From: a virus
Virus record (IMG/VR): IMGVR_UViG_3300011737_000031
Span: 1-26,231 of that record
Length of the DNA: 26,231 nt
Strand: one strand, 5' to 3'
Each line of letters starts with the position of its first letter. Within the stretch, counting starts at the first letter, position 1. Positions 14,329-22,936 of the stretch are shown here, in pieces. Position numbers and translations under genes: made by a program. Below the pieces are notes generated by a model. The model saw only the letters and a list, made by a program, of their open reading frames with translations, did no database searches and had not been told where the DNA came from.

Positions 14329-15698
14329 ACTTTACACCCCATAACTACCAAAGGTACTGCATAGAACGTGTTCTTGATACGCCTGCGCTTGGGCTGTTGT
14401 TGGATATGGGATTAGGCAAAACTGTAATCACTTTAACAGCAGTAAACGATCTAAAGTACAACCGTTTTGCCGTTAATAGAATTCTAGTCATTGCCCCAAA
14501 GAAAGTTGCAGAGTCAACATGGGTGAAAGAAGCAAGCAAGTGGGACCATCTTAAGCTATTGCGATTTTCGACTGTTTTAGGATCCCAAGCAAAGAGAATA
14601 AAAGCACTTAATACACCTGCAGATATCTATGTGATTAATCGAGAAAACGTACCTTGGTTGGTAGAATACTACAAGAATGCTTGGCCATTTGACATGGTAA
14701 TTGTAGACGAGTTTTCATCTTTTAAAAATCATCAGGCCAAACGATTTAAGTCTTTGAAATGGGTACGGCCACACATTAAAAGAATCGTAGGATTAACCGG
14801 AACGCCAGCACCAAACGGAATGTTAGATTTATGGGCGCAAGTTTATTTGTTGGATGGGGGAGAACGATTAGGAAAGACGATTACTGGCTTCCGAGAAAGA
14901 TATTTCGAACCGGATCAACGTAATCGAGATAGAGTCTTTACCTATGCACCCAAACAAGGAGCAGACGAACGGATCCAGCAATTAATTGGGGATATATGCG
15001 TATCCATGAAAGCTGAAGACTATTTAGAGCTTCCGGATATTGTTTTTAATACAGTACCAATCATCTTGGATAATAAGGCGGAAAAAGCCTACAACAAATT
15101 AGAAACCGAAATGCTTTTACAGGTGGATGAAACAACCATCGATGCAGGATCGGCAGCTGTATTAACTAATAAACTTCTCCAGCTGTGTAATGGTGCTGTG
15201 TATGATGAAGATAGGAATGTTGTTAGTATCCATGATTGTAAATTAGAAGCCTTTATGGAGCTAATCGAAGGATTAAACGGGAAGCCAGCGTTAGTGTTTT
15301 ACAACTTTCAACACGATAAGAACCGAATCAAAAAAGCATTGGCCAAAACAAATTTAAGAGTAAGAGAATTAAAGACTCCCCAGGATGAGAACGATTGGAA
15401 TAACCGAGAGATTGATATATTACTAGCCCATCCTGCTTCTGCAGCTTACGGATTGAACCTGCAGCAAGGTGGAAATCACGTTGTATGGTTTGGGCTTAAC
15501 TGGTCCTTAGAACTATATCAGCAAGCAAATAAACGTCTTCACAGGCAGGGGCAAACAGAAAAGGTAATCATTCACCATTTAACCGTTTCTGGCGGAGTCG
15601 ATGAGGACGTAGTTAGAGCTTTAGAAAACAAGACGAATACACAAGATGATTTGATGGCAGCACTTAAGGCAAGAATTGAACGTGTGAAGGGAGAATAG
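14325..15698 (+). CDS. SNF2-family helicase/ATPase
   Basis: Motif I LDMGLGKT, motif II VIVDEFS, motif III LTGTPAPN, motif VI QANKRLHRQGQ. The GTG start overlaps the upstream stop (GTGA). Confidence 0.92.
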   Translation: MNFTPHNYQRYCIERVLDTPALGLLLDMGLGKTVITLTAVNDLKYNRFAVNRILVIAPKKVAESTWVKEASKWDHLKLLRFSTVLGSQAKRIKALNTPADIYVINRENVPWLVEYYKNAWPFDMVIVDEFSSFKNHQAKRFKSLKWVRPHIKRIVGLTGTPAPNGMLDLWAQVYLLDGGERLGKTITGFRERYFEPDQRNRDRVFTYAPKQGADERIQQLIGDICVSMKAEDYLELPDIVFNTVPIILDNKAEKAYNKLETEMLLQVDETTIDAGSAAVLTNKLLQLCNGAVYDEDRNVVSIHDCKLEAFMELIEGLNGKPALVFYNFQHDKNRIKKALAKTNLRVRELKTPQDENDWNNREIDILLAHPASAAYGLNLQQGGNHVVWFGLNWSLELYQQANKRLHRQGQTEKVIIHHLTVSGGVDEDVVRALENKTNTQDDLMAALKARIERVKGE

Positions 15699-15700
15699 CA

Positions 15701-16246
15701 ATGAATACGAATGGGAAAAGCAATGAGGAATTGATGGACCACATTATCAAAGTTGCTTCTGAAACAGCCATTGACTATTACAAGAAGCGAGAAAAAGAAG
15801 AACGAAAAAAACGCGTAGATCGTCGTTTGCGAAATACACGGTTATTGTTAGAGAACTATAAAAATTTTAAAATACATTGTACAGAAAATGCTGTAAAGAT
15901 TGATCACCTATTGGATCCTGACGATTTCGAATTTCTTGAATATGGAGACCTGGTGATTGAATCAATTGTCAAAAGTAAAAAACGGACAATTTCTATGGTA
16001 GCATACTTAGACCACATGCTGGAAGTTTATCGAGCTATAGCAGATTCTTCCAACAAAAAAGAAGAGATAAGAAAGTATCATACTGTTCTTAAATATTATA
16101 TTTTGGACCCCAGAGTGGAAATTGAAGAGATAGCAAATGTCCACGGAGTAAGTGTAAAAACAGTTAAACGTGATTTAGACAATGCCGTTAAATCCATTGC
16201 TGCCTTGATTTTTGGAGTAGATAGTGTCAGATTCATAGATTATTAA
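15701..16246 (+). CDS. Late-gene transcriptional regulator, ArpU/RinA-like with a sigma-70 region-4-like C-terminal HTH
   Basis: It is the last gene before the terminase genes. The N-terminal RLLLENYKNFK motif resembles ArpU-family proteins. The C-terminal IEEIANVHGVSVKTVKRDLDNAVKSIAALIFG looks like sigma region 4.2. Confidence 0.65.
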   Translation: MNTNGKSNEELMDHIIKVASETAIDYYKKREKEERKKRVDRRLRNTRLLLENYKNFKIHCTENAVKIDHLLDPDDFEFLEYGDLVIESIVKSKKRTISMVAYLDHMLEVYRAIADSSNKKEEIRKYHTVLKYYILDPRVEIEEIANVHGVSVKTVKRDLDNAVKSIAALIFGVDSVRFIDY

Positions 16247-16264
16247 TTTGATTGCTAGATGTCC

Positions 16265-16293
16265 ATTGACTGGGTTTTGATAAAATGGTATTA
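16265..16293 (+). promoter_or_regulatory. Near-consensus sigma-A-type promoter with an extended -10
   Basis: TTGACT (16265-16270), a 17-nt spacer ending in TGG, then TATTAT (16288-16293). Confidence 0.6.
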
Positions 16294-16324
16294 TGATAAC
16301 ATAAAATAATTCTGAATACGGATT

Positions 16325-16362
16325 AAAAGGCATCTGATACCATGTGTACAGGTGCCTTTTTT
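16325..16362 (+). terminator. Rho-independent terminator
   Basis: AAAAGGCATCTG (16325-16336) pairs with CAGGTGCCTTTT (16349-16360) with one G-U pair. The loop allows an extra TAC/GTA pairing. The T-run spans 16357-16362. Confidence 0.78.
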
Positions 16363-16383
16363 GCGTTTATATGAGGTGACGAT

Positions 16384-16515
16384 ATGAAGGCTACACCTAA
16401 GCAAAAACAGCCAGACAAGAAACCGAAAGAAGAAAAAGTAAACTGGAAAGAGATCATGGGAATGAATCGAGATAGATATGGTCGGGGCCCAGGTGGAGCG
16501 ATGAGAAGAAAATAA
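16384..16515 (+). CDS. Small basic protein (43 aa, MKATPKQKQPDKKPKEEKVNWKEIMGMNRDRYGRGPGGAMRRK)
   Basis: SD GAGGTGA lies 4 nt upstream of the ATG. It is the first ORF of the late block and is below the track cutoff. Confidence 0.5.
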   Translation: MKATPKQKQPDKKPKEEKVNWKEIMGMNRDRYGRGPGGAMRRK

Positions 16516-16534
16516 CAGGAGGTGATGGTATACC

Positions 16535-16963
16535 ATGAGTAAATTAACATTAAAACAACAGAAATTCGCTGATGAGTATATCATCACTGGAGTTGCTGAA
16601 ACTGCTGCATTAAAAGCAGGATATAGTAAATCTTATGCTAGAGCACGATCAAGTGAATTGTTGGCAAATATCGGCATAAAAAAATATATAGATGATCGGT
16701 TAGAAGAAATTAAATCGAAAAAGGTTGCTGATCAACAAGAGATAATGGAATTCCTCACAAGTATTGTGCGAGGAGAGCAAACAGAAGAAACGTTACGAGG
16801 TATTGGTGAAGGAGCACAAACGATTGACGATATTGAAGTTGCTGCTAAAGAACGAATTAAAGCCGCTGAGCTTCTTGGTAAACGATATGCGATGTGGACT
16901 GATAAAGTGGATCAGACGAATACGAACGTAGAAATAAACGTAGGTGAGTGGGATGACGAGTAG
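16535..16963 (+). CDS. terS: Terminase small subunit
   Basis: The N-terminus LKQQKFADEYIITGVAETAALKAGYSKSYARARSSELLAN is the typical Terminase_2-type HTH. SD AGGAGGTGA lies upstream. It overlaps the TerL start. Confidence 0.87.
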   Translation: MSKLTLKQQKFADEYIITGVAETAALKAGYSKSYARARSSELLANIGIKKYIDDRLEEIKSKKVADQQEIMEFLTSIVRGEQTEETLRGIGEGAQTIDDIEVAAKERIKAAELLGKRYAMWTDKVDQTNTNVEINVGEWDDE

Positions 16964-18200
16964 CATCGTTTTAAATTTCCCTAAGCCTAGTAAGGTCTTT
17001 AATAAGCACATTTATACACAGCTTGATGACTACGACACGTTTACAGAAGTCCATTATGGCGGTGCTTCCAGTGGGAAGAGTCATGGAGTTGTACAGAAGG
17101 TCATTCTTAAAGCTTTAAAACCTTGGAGTAAGCCTAGAAGGATGCTTTTTCTTAGAAAAGTAGCAACGACTGTGAAAGACTCCATTTTTGAGGACGTATT
17201 AGCCTGTTTAAGCTCTTTTGGAATATTAGGTAGGTGTAAGGTCAATATGAGTGATTATCGCATCACATTACCTAACAGAGCGACGCTAATTTTCAAAGGA
17301 ATGGATAACCCGGAAAAAATCAAATCGATTAAAGGTGTTTCTGATGTCATCATGGAGGAAGCAACCGAATTTACGCTTGATGACTATACGCAGTTGACTT
17401 TACGTTTAAGGGATAAAGGCCATAAACAAAAACAAATATATTTGATGTTTAACCCAGTTTCTAAAGTGAATTGGGTTTATTCGTATTTCTTTATAAATAA
17501 ACACAAGAACACAAAGATAGTACAGAGCACGTATAAGGATAATCGATTCTTGGACGAAGGAACAAAAGCAAACATCGAAGATCTAGCAAACAGGAATCCT
17601 GCCTACTATAAGATTTATGCTTTAGGTGAGTTCGCAACTCTAGATAAGTTAGTCTTTCCGAAGTACGAAAAAAGACTTCTAAATCGACAGGAATTAGTCC
17701 ATCTGCCTTCTTATTTCGGACTAGACTTTGGATATATAAATGATCCATCAGCATTTATTCACTTGAAAGTGGATGAGGCTAATAAACGAATCTACTTCAT
17801 CGAGGAGTACGTAAGGAAAGGTCTACTGAATGACCAGATTGCCCAGGCTATTGTTGACCTAGGATACTCGAAAGAAATCATTACTGCCGATTCGGCAGAG
17901 AAGAAGTCCATCGCTGAGATTAAGCAAAAAGGCGTTGCTCGAATTAGACCAGCAAAGAAAGTGCCTGATTCAGTAATTCAAGGGATTCAATTTCTATCAC
18001 AATATGAATTTATTGTGGATGAACGGTGTGTAAAGCTTATTGAGGAACTTGAAAACTATACCTGGAAGAAAGATAAGAACACCAATGAATATACAAATGT
18101 TCCAGTAGACAGCTACAACCACGTGATTGATGCGTGTAGATACGCTGTTGAAAATATAAATAACAGAATCAAAATCAAAACATTCAAAGGAGGGTTGTAA
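16953..18200 (+). CDS. terL: Terminase large subunit (PBSX/Terminase_3-like)
   Basis: Walker A YGGASSGKS, a Walker B-like DVIMEEATE, and a C-terminal nuclease region. ATG at 16953 lies 6 nt after AGGTGA (16941-16946) and is preferred to the track GTG at 16944. Confidence 0.92.
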   Translation: MTSSIVLNFPKPSKVFNKHIYTQLDDYDTFTEVHYGGASSGKSHGVVQKVILKALKPWSKPRRMLFLRKVATTVKDSIFEDVLACLSSFGILGRCKVNMSDYRITLPNRATLIFKGMDNPEKIKSIKGVSDVIMEEATEFTLDDYTQLTLRLRDKGHKQKQIYLMFNPVSKVNWVYSYFFINKHKNTKIVQSTYKDNRFLDEGTKANIEDLANRNPAYYKIYALGEFATLDKLVFPKYEKRLLNRQELVHLPSYFGLDFGYINDPSAFIHLKVDEANKRIYFIEEYVRKGLLNDQIAQAIVDLGYSKEIITADSAEKKSIAEIKQKGVARIRPAKKVPDSVIQGIQFLSQYEFIVDERCVKLIEELENYTWKKDKNTNEYTNVPVDSYNHVIDACRYAVENINNRIKIKTFKGGL

Positions 18201-19544
18201 ATGGCTATTTTTATTCATCCAGCGGAAGAAGAAATAACAGCAGAAGTGGTTAAGGAATTTATCGATTTACACGTTGCAGAATTGCCACGATATAACCGTT
18301 TAAAAGAGTTGTATGAAAGTAATGCTCCAATTCTAAGCCAAGAAGACAAGGCAGAATATAAGCCGGATAACCGTTTAGTGGTCAACTATGCAAAGTACAT
18401 TGTTGATACATTTAACGGTTATTTTATTGGGATTCCTGTTAAGGTAAGCCATGATGATGTTGGAATAAATGAGAAAGTAGACGATTTTCTTAAACGGAAT
18501 GACATGGATGATAACCAAGCTGAATTGAGTAAAATTACATCAATTTATGGCCATGGATTCGAACTTCTTTATCAAAATGAGGAAGCAGAAACCTGCAGCA
18601 CATATAATAATCCACTTGATATGTTTATCGTGTATGACGATACAATCGCTCAGAAGCCGTTATTTGCAGTTAGATATCAAACGACAGATGATGAAATGAA
18701 AGGGCAAATTTATAAAAAAGATGAAATTATCCATTTTACTAAAGGTGGAAGTGGTCTTGTATTTGGAGAAGTAGAAGTCCATTACTACGGTGATGTTCCA
18801 GTAATCGAATACATCGAAAATGAGGAAAGGCAATCCATCTTTGAATCAGTAGAATCGTTGATTAATGCTTATGATAAAGCTGTTTCAGAAAAAGCAAATG
18901 ACGTCGATTATTTTGCTGATGCTTATTTAAAAATATTGGGTGTCGAATTAGAAGAAGAAAGCCTTAAAACCATTAGAGACAATCGAATAATTAATCTATA
19001 CGGTGCTGATAACATCAAAGATATAATAGCTGAGTTCATGGAAAAGCCAAATGGAGATGCTTCTCAGGAACATTTATTAGATCGATTAGAACGACTGATT
19101 TATCAGATCAGTATGGTGGCCAATATCAACGACGAGTCATTTGGCAATGCAAGTGGGGTAGCGCTTGAATTTAAGCTGCAGCCTATGAAAAACCTTGCTG
19201 CCATGAAAGAACGCAAATTTACAAGTGGCATGAATCGTCGTTTTAAGATGTTATTTAATGTTCCTTTGTTCGTTGAGGATAGTAAAAAAGACGAGTGGAG
19301 AAACTTAAATTATAAGTTTACTAGAAACATTCCTCGTAACGTTGCGGATGAAGCAGATACAGCTGGAAAGCTCCAAGGTGTTGTATCAAAAGAAACGCAA
19401 TTAAGCGTGCTGTCCATTGTAGATAATCCTAAACAGGAAATTGAGAGAATGGATGCTGAAACAGAAGATCAAGCAAGTGATTTTAGCACAGATCAAGACG
19501 GTGACTTTGTGACAGGAGGGAATGAAAATAATGAAAGTATATAA
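18201..19544 (+). CDS. Portal protein (SPP1 gp6-like)
   Basis: 447 aa, immediately after TerL, with SD GGAGGG. It has an acidic C-terminus and the N-terminal pattern NRLVVNYAKYIVDTFNGYF typical of SPP1-type portals. Confidence 0.9.
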   Translation: MAIFIHPAEEEITAEVVKEFIDLHVAELPRYNRLKELYESNAPILSQEDKAEYKPDNRLVVNYAKYIVDTFNGYFIGIPVKVSHDDVGINEKVDDFLKRNDMDDNQAELSKITSIYGHGFELLYQNEEAETCSTYNNPLDMFIVYDDTIAQKPLFAVRYQTTDDEMKGQIYKKDEIIHFTKGGSGLVFGEVEVHYYGDVPVIEYIENEERQSIFESVESLINAYDKAVSEKANDVDYFADAYLKILGVELEEESLKTIRDNRIINLYGADNIKDIIAEFMEKPNGDASQEHLLDRLERLIYQISMVANINDESFGNASGVALEFKLQPMKNLAAMKERKFTSGMNRRFKMLFNVPLFVEDSKKDEWRNLNYKFTRNIPRNVADEADTAGKLQGVVSKETQLSVLSIVDNPKQEIERMDAETEDQASDFSTDQDGDFVTGGNENNESI

Positions 19545-19794
19545 GCATAAGAATCACAATGTTTATTCACTAACCCAAAAAATACAGTTTATGAAGATGA
19601 AAACTAAAACCATATTTTTTTATAAAGGCAAAACTATTGGCAATATCCGTTTCATAATAAAACCCCACAAACAGTGGAAATATTTCCGTTGGTTTATTAG
19701 ATTACCTTTCTTTTATTTTGAACGTACTAATGTCGCGATATTTGTTGGTACACCTAATTCTTATTTCTGGATTCATTACCGAGGCGGGCTATAA
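19522..19794 (+). CDS. Orphan small basic/aromatic protein (about 87-90 aa), low-GC insert between portal and MuF genes
   Basis: A 90-codon open frame in DNA that is only about 25-30% G+C by hand count, where stop codons should be frequent. GGAGGG lies upstream (the ATG at 19531 has better spacing). I recognise no homology. Confidence 0.45.
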   Translation: MKIMKVYKHKNHNVYSLTQKIQFMKMKTKTIFFYKGKTIGNIRFIIKPHKQWKYFRWFIRLPFFYFERTNVAIFVGTPNSYFWIHYRGGL

Positions 19795-20694
19795 ATGGAT
19801 GTTGAAAGAAAGTCCTACTGGGAACAAAGGATGGTCCAGTTATTCACTGCCCAGGATAAAAGGAATGCCAAATTTGAGAAGAAAATGAGAAAAGAATATC
19901 TTCGTGTGGAAGAACAGATAAAGAAAGAGATAGCGAGCTATTACACGAAATACGGAAAAGATGGAGTTATAGAATACCGTAAACTTGTTCAATCTTTGAC
20001 GGAAAAAGAGCGTGATTTGTTGTTTCAGGATTATGACGAGTTTGTAAGACGTAATCCTAAATACGCTCATTTAATGCCTATCAGGGAGTCGATTTATAAA
20101 CTTAACAGGTTAGAAGGTTTACAGCTTGATATCCGTATGAGAATGGTAGAGCTAGGAGCATTTGAGGAAGAAGGCTTCAGGAAATTGCTTGAAGAAGCAT
20201 ATGAAAATGGATACTTGTCATCGATGAAGGGGTTAAAAAATCCACCTTCTTTTTTTGTTGTCAATAATCTTGCAATGGAGCAGACTCTTAACGAGAAATG
20301 GATCAATGGAGGCAATTTCTCAACCCGTATTTGGGGGAATAAAGAGAGATTGCTTAACGCTTTGAATGCTGAAATTAGAGATGGCATTATTCGTGGAGAT
20401 GATTTTAGGCAGATGTCCCAAGTAATTCAGTACCGAACTGGAGTAGGTGAGAACGATGCTAAAAGGTTGCTGCAGACTGAATACAATTTCGTCATGAATC
20501 AAGCTAATAAGCAGGCATTCTTAGATGCAGGTGTAACTCGTTATGGGGTATCTGCCGTTATGGATAGAAAGACAAGTAAAACATGTAGAAGTTTAGACGG
20601 GGAACAGTTTGATTTTGATAGTGCAAGGGTTGGAGTAAATTATCCTCCATTTCACGCACGCTGCAGAACGACTGTTATTCCAGTGGAGGAGTGA
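19795..20694 (+). CDS. Head morphogenesis protein, SPP1 gp7 / Mu F family
   Basis: It follows the portal gene. The C-terminal CRSLDGEQF...NYPPFHARCRTTVIP is the Phage_Mu_F signature. Confidence 0.88.
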   Translation: MDVERKSYWEQRMVQLFTAQDKRNAKFEKKMRKEYLRVEEQIKKEIASYYTKYGKDGVIEYRKLVQSLTEKERDLLFQDYDEFVRRNPKYAHLMPIRESIYKLNRLEGLQLDIRMRMVELGAFEEEGFRKLLEEAYENGYLSSMKGLKNPPSFFVVNNLAMEQTLNEKWINGGNFSTRIWGNKERLLNALNAEIRDGIIRGDDFRQMSQVIQYRTGVGENDAKRLLQTEYNFVMNQANKQAFLDAGVTRYGVSAVMDRKTSKTCRSLDGEQFDFDSARVGVNYPPFHARCRTTVIPVEE

Positions 20695-20699
20695 GCGAG

Positions 20700-20819
20700 T
20701 TGAAACATTTATTATGTTTGATTGGTATTCATCGATTTAGAAATTATCAATTTGTATTCCATCCCCATCGGGCAGAAGGAACCTGTACAAGGTGTGGGAA
20801 GAAACACATATTTTTATAG
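20700..20819 (+). CDS. Mini Cys/His protein (39 aa, MKHLLCLIGIHRFRNYQFVFHPHRAEGTCTRCGKKHIFL)
   Basis: TTG start lies 9 nt after GGAGGAG. It has a C...H...H...CxxC zinc-ribbon-like pattern resembling small prophage proteins. It is preferred over the overlapping track ORF 20722..20904, which lacks an SD. Confidence 0.4.
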   Translation: MKHLLCLIGIHRFRNYQFVFHPHRAEGTCTRCGKKHIFL

Positions 20820-20922
20820 AGTCCTATTAAAGGCTTTTTATTTTGTCCACAACCGTGCTGGTGACATTAAACTGCATGAGTATAAAAGACAACCAAGTCT
20901 ATAAAAAGTGAGGAGAATAATC

Positions 20923-21582
20923 ATGAAAGATATCATAGAAAAAGCTTGGCCCAAAGTATCACCTAGCAATCTGTTGAAATTAGATTTACAGTTTTTTGCT
21001 GATCCTGATCCAAATCCAACACCGCCAGACCCGGACCCTAATCCGGATCCAAAACCTAACCCTGATCCACCAGCACCAGGTAAAACTTATACGGAGGAAG
21101 AGCTACAGGAGATCGTAAAACAAAGAGTGGCTCGAGAGAAAAAGGCAGCAGAAAAGGCTGTAAAGGAAGCTGAGAAGCTAGCCAAGATGAATGAGGATCA
21201 GAAGAAGCAATATGAGCTGGAAAAGCTTCAGAAAGAGCTAGAAGATTACAAGAAAAAAGATGCTTTCTATTCCCTTTCCAAAGAAGCTACTAAGATGCTA
21301 GCTGAAAAGGATATAGTTGCTGATGATGAGCTTCTTTCCTTTGTCGTAAAAGAGTCTGCAGAAGACACTCAAACAGCCGTTAATACTTTTATTTCTCTTG
21401 TAGATAAAAAGGTACAGGAAGGCGTAAAAAAAGCACTATCCGGAAAAGCCCCAAAAGTGAACACAGGCCAGGGAGCGAAGAATCCGTTTAGTGAAGAACA
21501 TTTCAATTTAACAGAGCAAGGAAGACTTTTAAAAGAAAATCCAGAGCTTTATAAGAAATTAAAATCCCTAGCAGGGAAATGA
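20923..21582 (+). CDS. Scaffolding protein
   Basis: It lies directly upstream of the major capsid gene and is a highly charged, K/E-rich helical protein. The ATG at 20923 lies 7 nt after GAGGAG. It carries an N-terminal LKLDLQFFA motif and then a DP/NP repeat. Confidence 0.8.
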   Translation: MKDIIEKAWPKVSPSNLLKLDLQFFADPDPNPTPPDPDPNPDPKPNPDPPAPGKTYTEEELQEIVKQRVAREKKAAEKAVKEAEKLAKMNEDQKKQYELEKLQKELEDYKKKDAFYSLSKEATKMLAEKDIVADDELLSFVVKESAEDTQTAVNTFISLVDKKVQEGVKKALSGKAPKVNTGQGAKNPFSEEHFNLTEQGRLLKENPELYKKLKSLAGK

Positions 21583-21596
21583 AGGAGAGACATTAA

Positions 21597-22619
21597 ATGA
21601 GTAAACAACTTTTATCGCTAAACTTACAGTTTTTTGCGGAAGTGAAATTAGCAGATGTAATTCAACCGGAAGTATTTACGGAGTATGTAACGAACCGAAC
21701 TGTAGAAAAATCAGCTTTGTATCAATCTGGAATTATCGTAAATGATCCGCAATTTGATACGTTAGCAAGTGGACCGTCTAAATTAATGGATATGCCGTAC
21801 TGGAACGATTTAGCTGATACAGAAGCGACATCTGTTTCAGAAATAAAAGATTTAGAAGCACAAGGAATCACAACCGGCAGAGATGTATCTCGTAAACTTA
21901 TGCGTGCACAAATGTGGGGAGCAAATAACCTTGCAGGGGCATTATCAGGAACAGATCCGATGGCGAAGATTGCTGAATTAGTCTCCGATTATTGGATTCG
22001 TCAAGATCAACGTATTTTATTAGCAATCCTAAAAGGTTTATTCTCATCTGAATCGATGGAAAGTAATATGCTAGATATTTCAGGACTAGCTGCAGGGAAA
22101 AATGTCTTGTCTGCGGAAGCTTTCCTTGACGCTCAACAGCTATTAGGAGATAGCAAAGAATTGCTTACAGCAACGGTGATGAACTCTTATACGGAAACAT
22201 TCTTACGCAAATTGAACTTAATTGAGTATGTCCCAGTTGCAGAACAAGGGAAACCAATCCCTTATTTTATGGACAAACGAGTTATCGTGGATGATGCTGT
22301 AGCTCTTAATACTGAAACAGGAATCGGAGAAATCTTTTTGTTTGGAGAAGGAGCTATTGGTCAAGGTAATGGTTCTGATCCTAACATTGTTGCTACAGAA
22401 GTGGATCGTAACGCGAAAAATTCAGCAGGTATTGATTATCTAATCAACCGTCGTATTCAAATGTTCCATCCTCGAGGAATCAAATGGACAGAAACAGATA
22501 TCGCAGGCGAATTCCCGACGAACGCTGAATTAGGTACCGGAACAAACTGGCAACGAGTCTATGACGCTAAGAAAATTCGTATTGCTAAATTAGTGTTTGG
22601 TACAATTCCAAACGTATAA
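21597..22619 (+). CDS. Major capsid protein
   Basis: 340 aa, following the scaffold gene, with SD AAGGAGAG. It has the N-terminal LSLNLQFFA motif shared with the scaffold. Confidence 0.88.
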   Translation: MSKQLLSLNLQFFAEVKLADVIQPEVFTEYVTNRTVEKSALYQSGIIVNDPQFDTLASGPSKLMDMPYWNDLADTEATSVSEIKDLEAQGITTGRDVSRKLMRAQMWGANNLAGALSGTDPMAKIAELVSDYWIRQDQRILLAILKGLFSSESMESNMLDISGLAAGKNVLSAEAFLDAQQLLGDSKELLTATVMNSYTETFLRKLNLIEYVPVAEQGKPIPYFMDKRVIVDDAVALNTETGIGEIFLFGEGAIGQGNGSDPNIVATEVDRNAKNSAGIDYLINRRIQMFHPRGIKWTETDIAGEFPTNAELGTGTNWQRVYDAKKIRIAKLVFGTIPNV

Positions 22620-22635
22620 GAGGGGATGAAGGAAT

Positions 22636-22935
22636 ATGCCTTATGAAACAACTAGAAATTGGACTGATGCTGAAGACAATAAGCGCTTGAACGAGGTAGG
22701 TCATCCCTATCCTCGTGAAGGTTTAGAAGTTTCCCAGGAGCGCATTGATTATTTATTAAATAAAGGCGGAGACTTTGAACGTCCATTTATTAAATTTGTA
22801 GATAAGCCAAAAGATGAAGAAGATAAAGAATTTCCGAAACACACAGGGGGAGGCTACTACGAGCTTTCGAACGGTGAGAAGGTAAAAGGTAAGGAAGCAG
22901 CTGAAAAAGCCGAAAACGAGCTAAAGGTTGATTAA
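22636..22935 (+). CDS. Hypothetical head-module protein (99 aa)
   Basis: Track ORF with SD GAGGGGATGAAGG upstream. It lies between the capsid and connector genes. Confidence 0.6.
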   Translation: MPYETTRNWTDAEDNKRLNEVGHPYPREGLEVSQERIDYLLNKGGDFERPFIKFVDKPKDEEDKEFPKHTGGGYYELSNGEKVKGKEAAEKAENELKVD

Positions 22936-22936
22936 T

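Noticed and set aside
16291-16587. Two overlapping - strand ORFs (98 and 75 aa) in the late-promoter region
   Set aside because: They are antisense to the promoter, the terminator, the SD-supported 43-aa ORF and the TerS start. They have no SD and implausible hydrophobic products.
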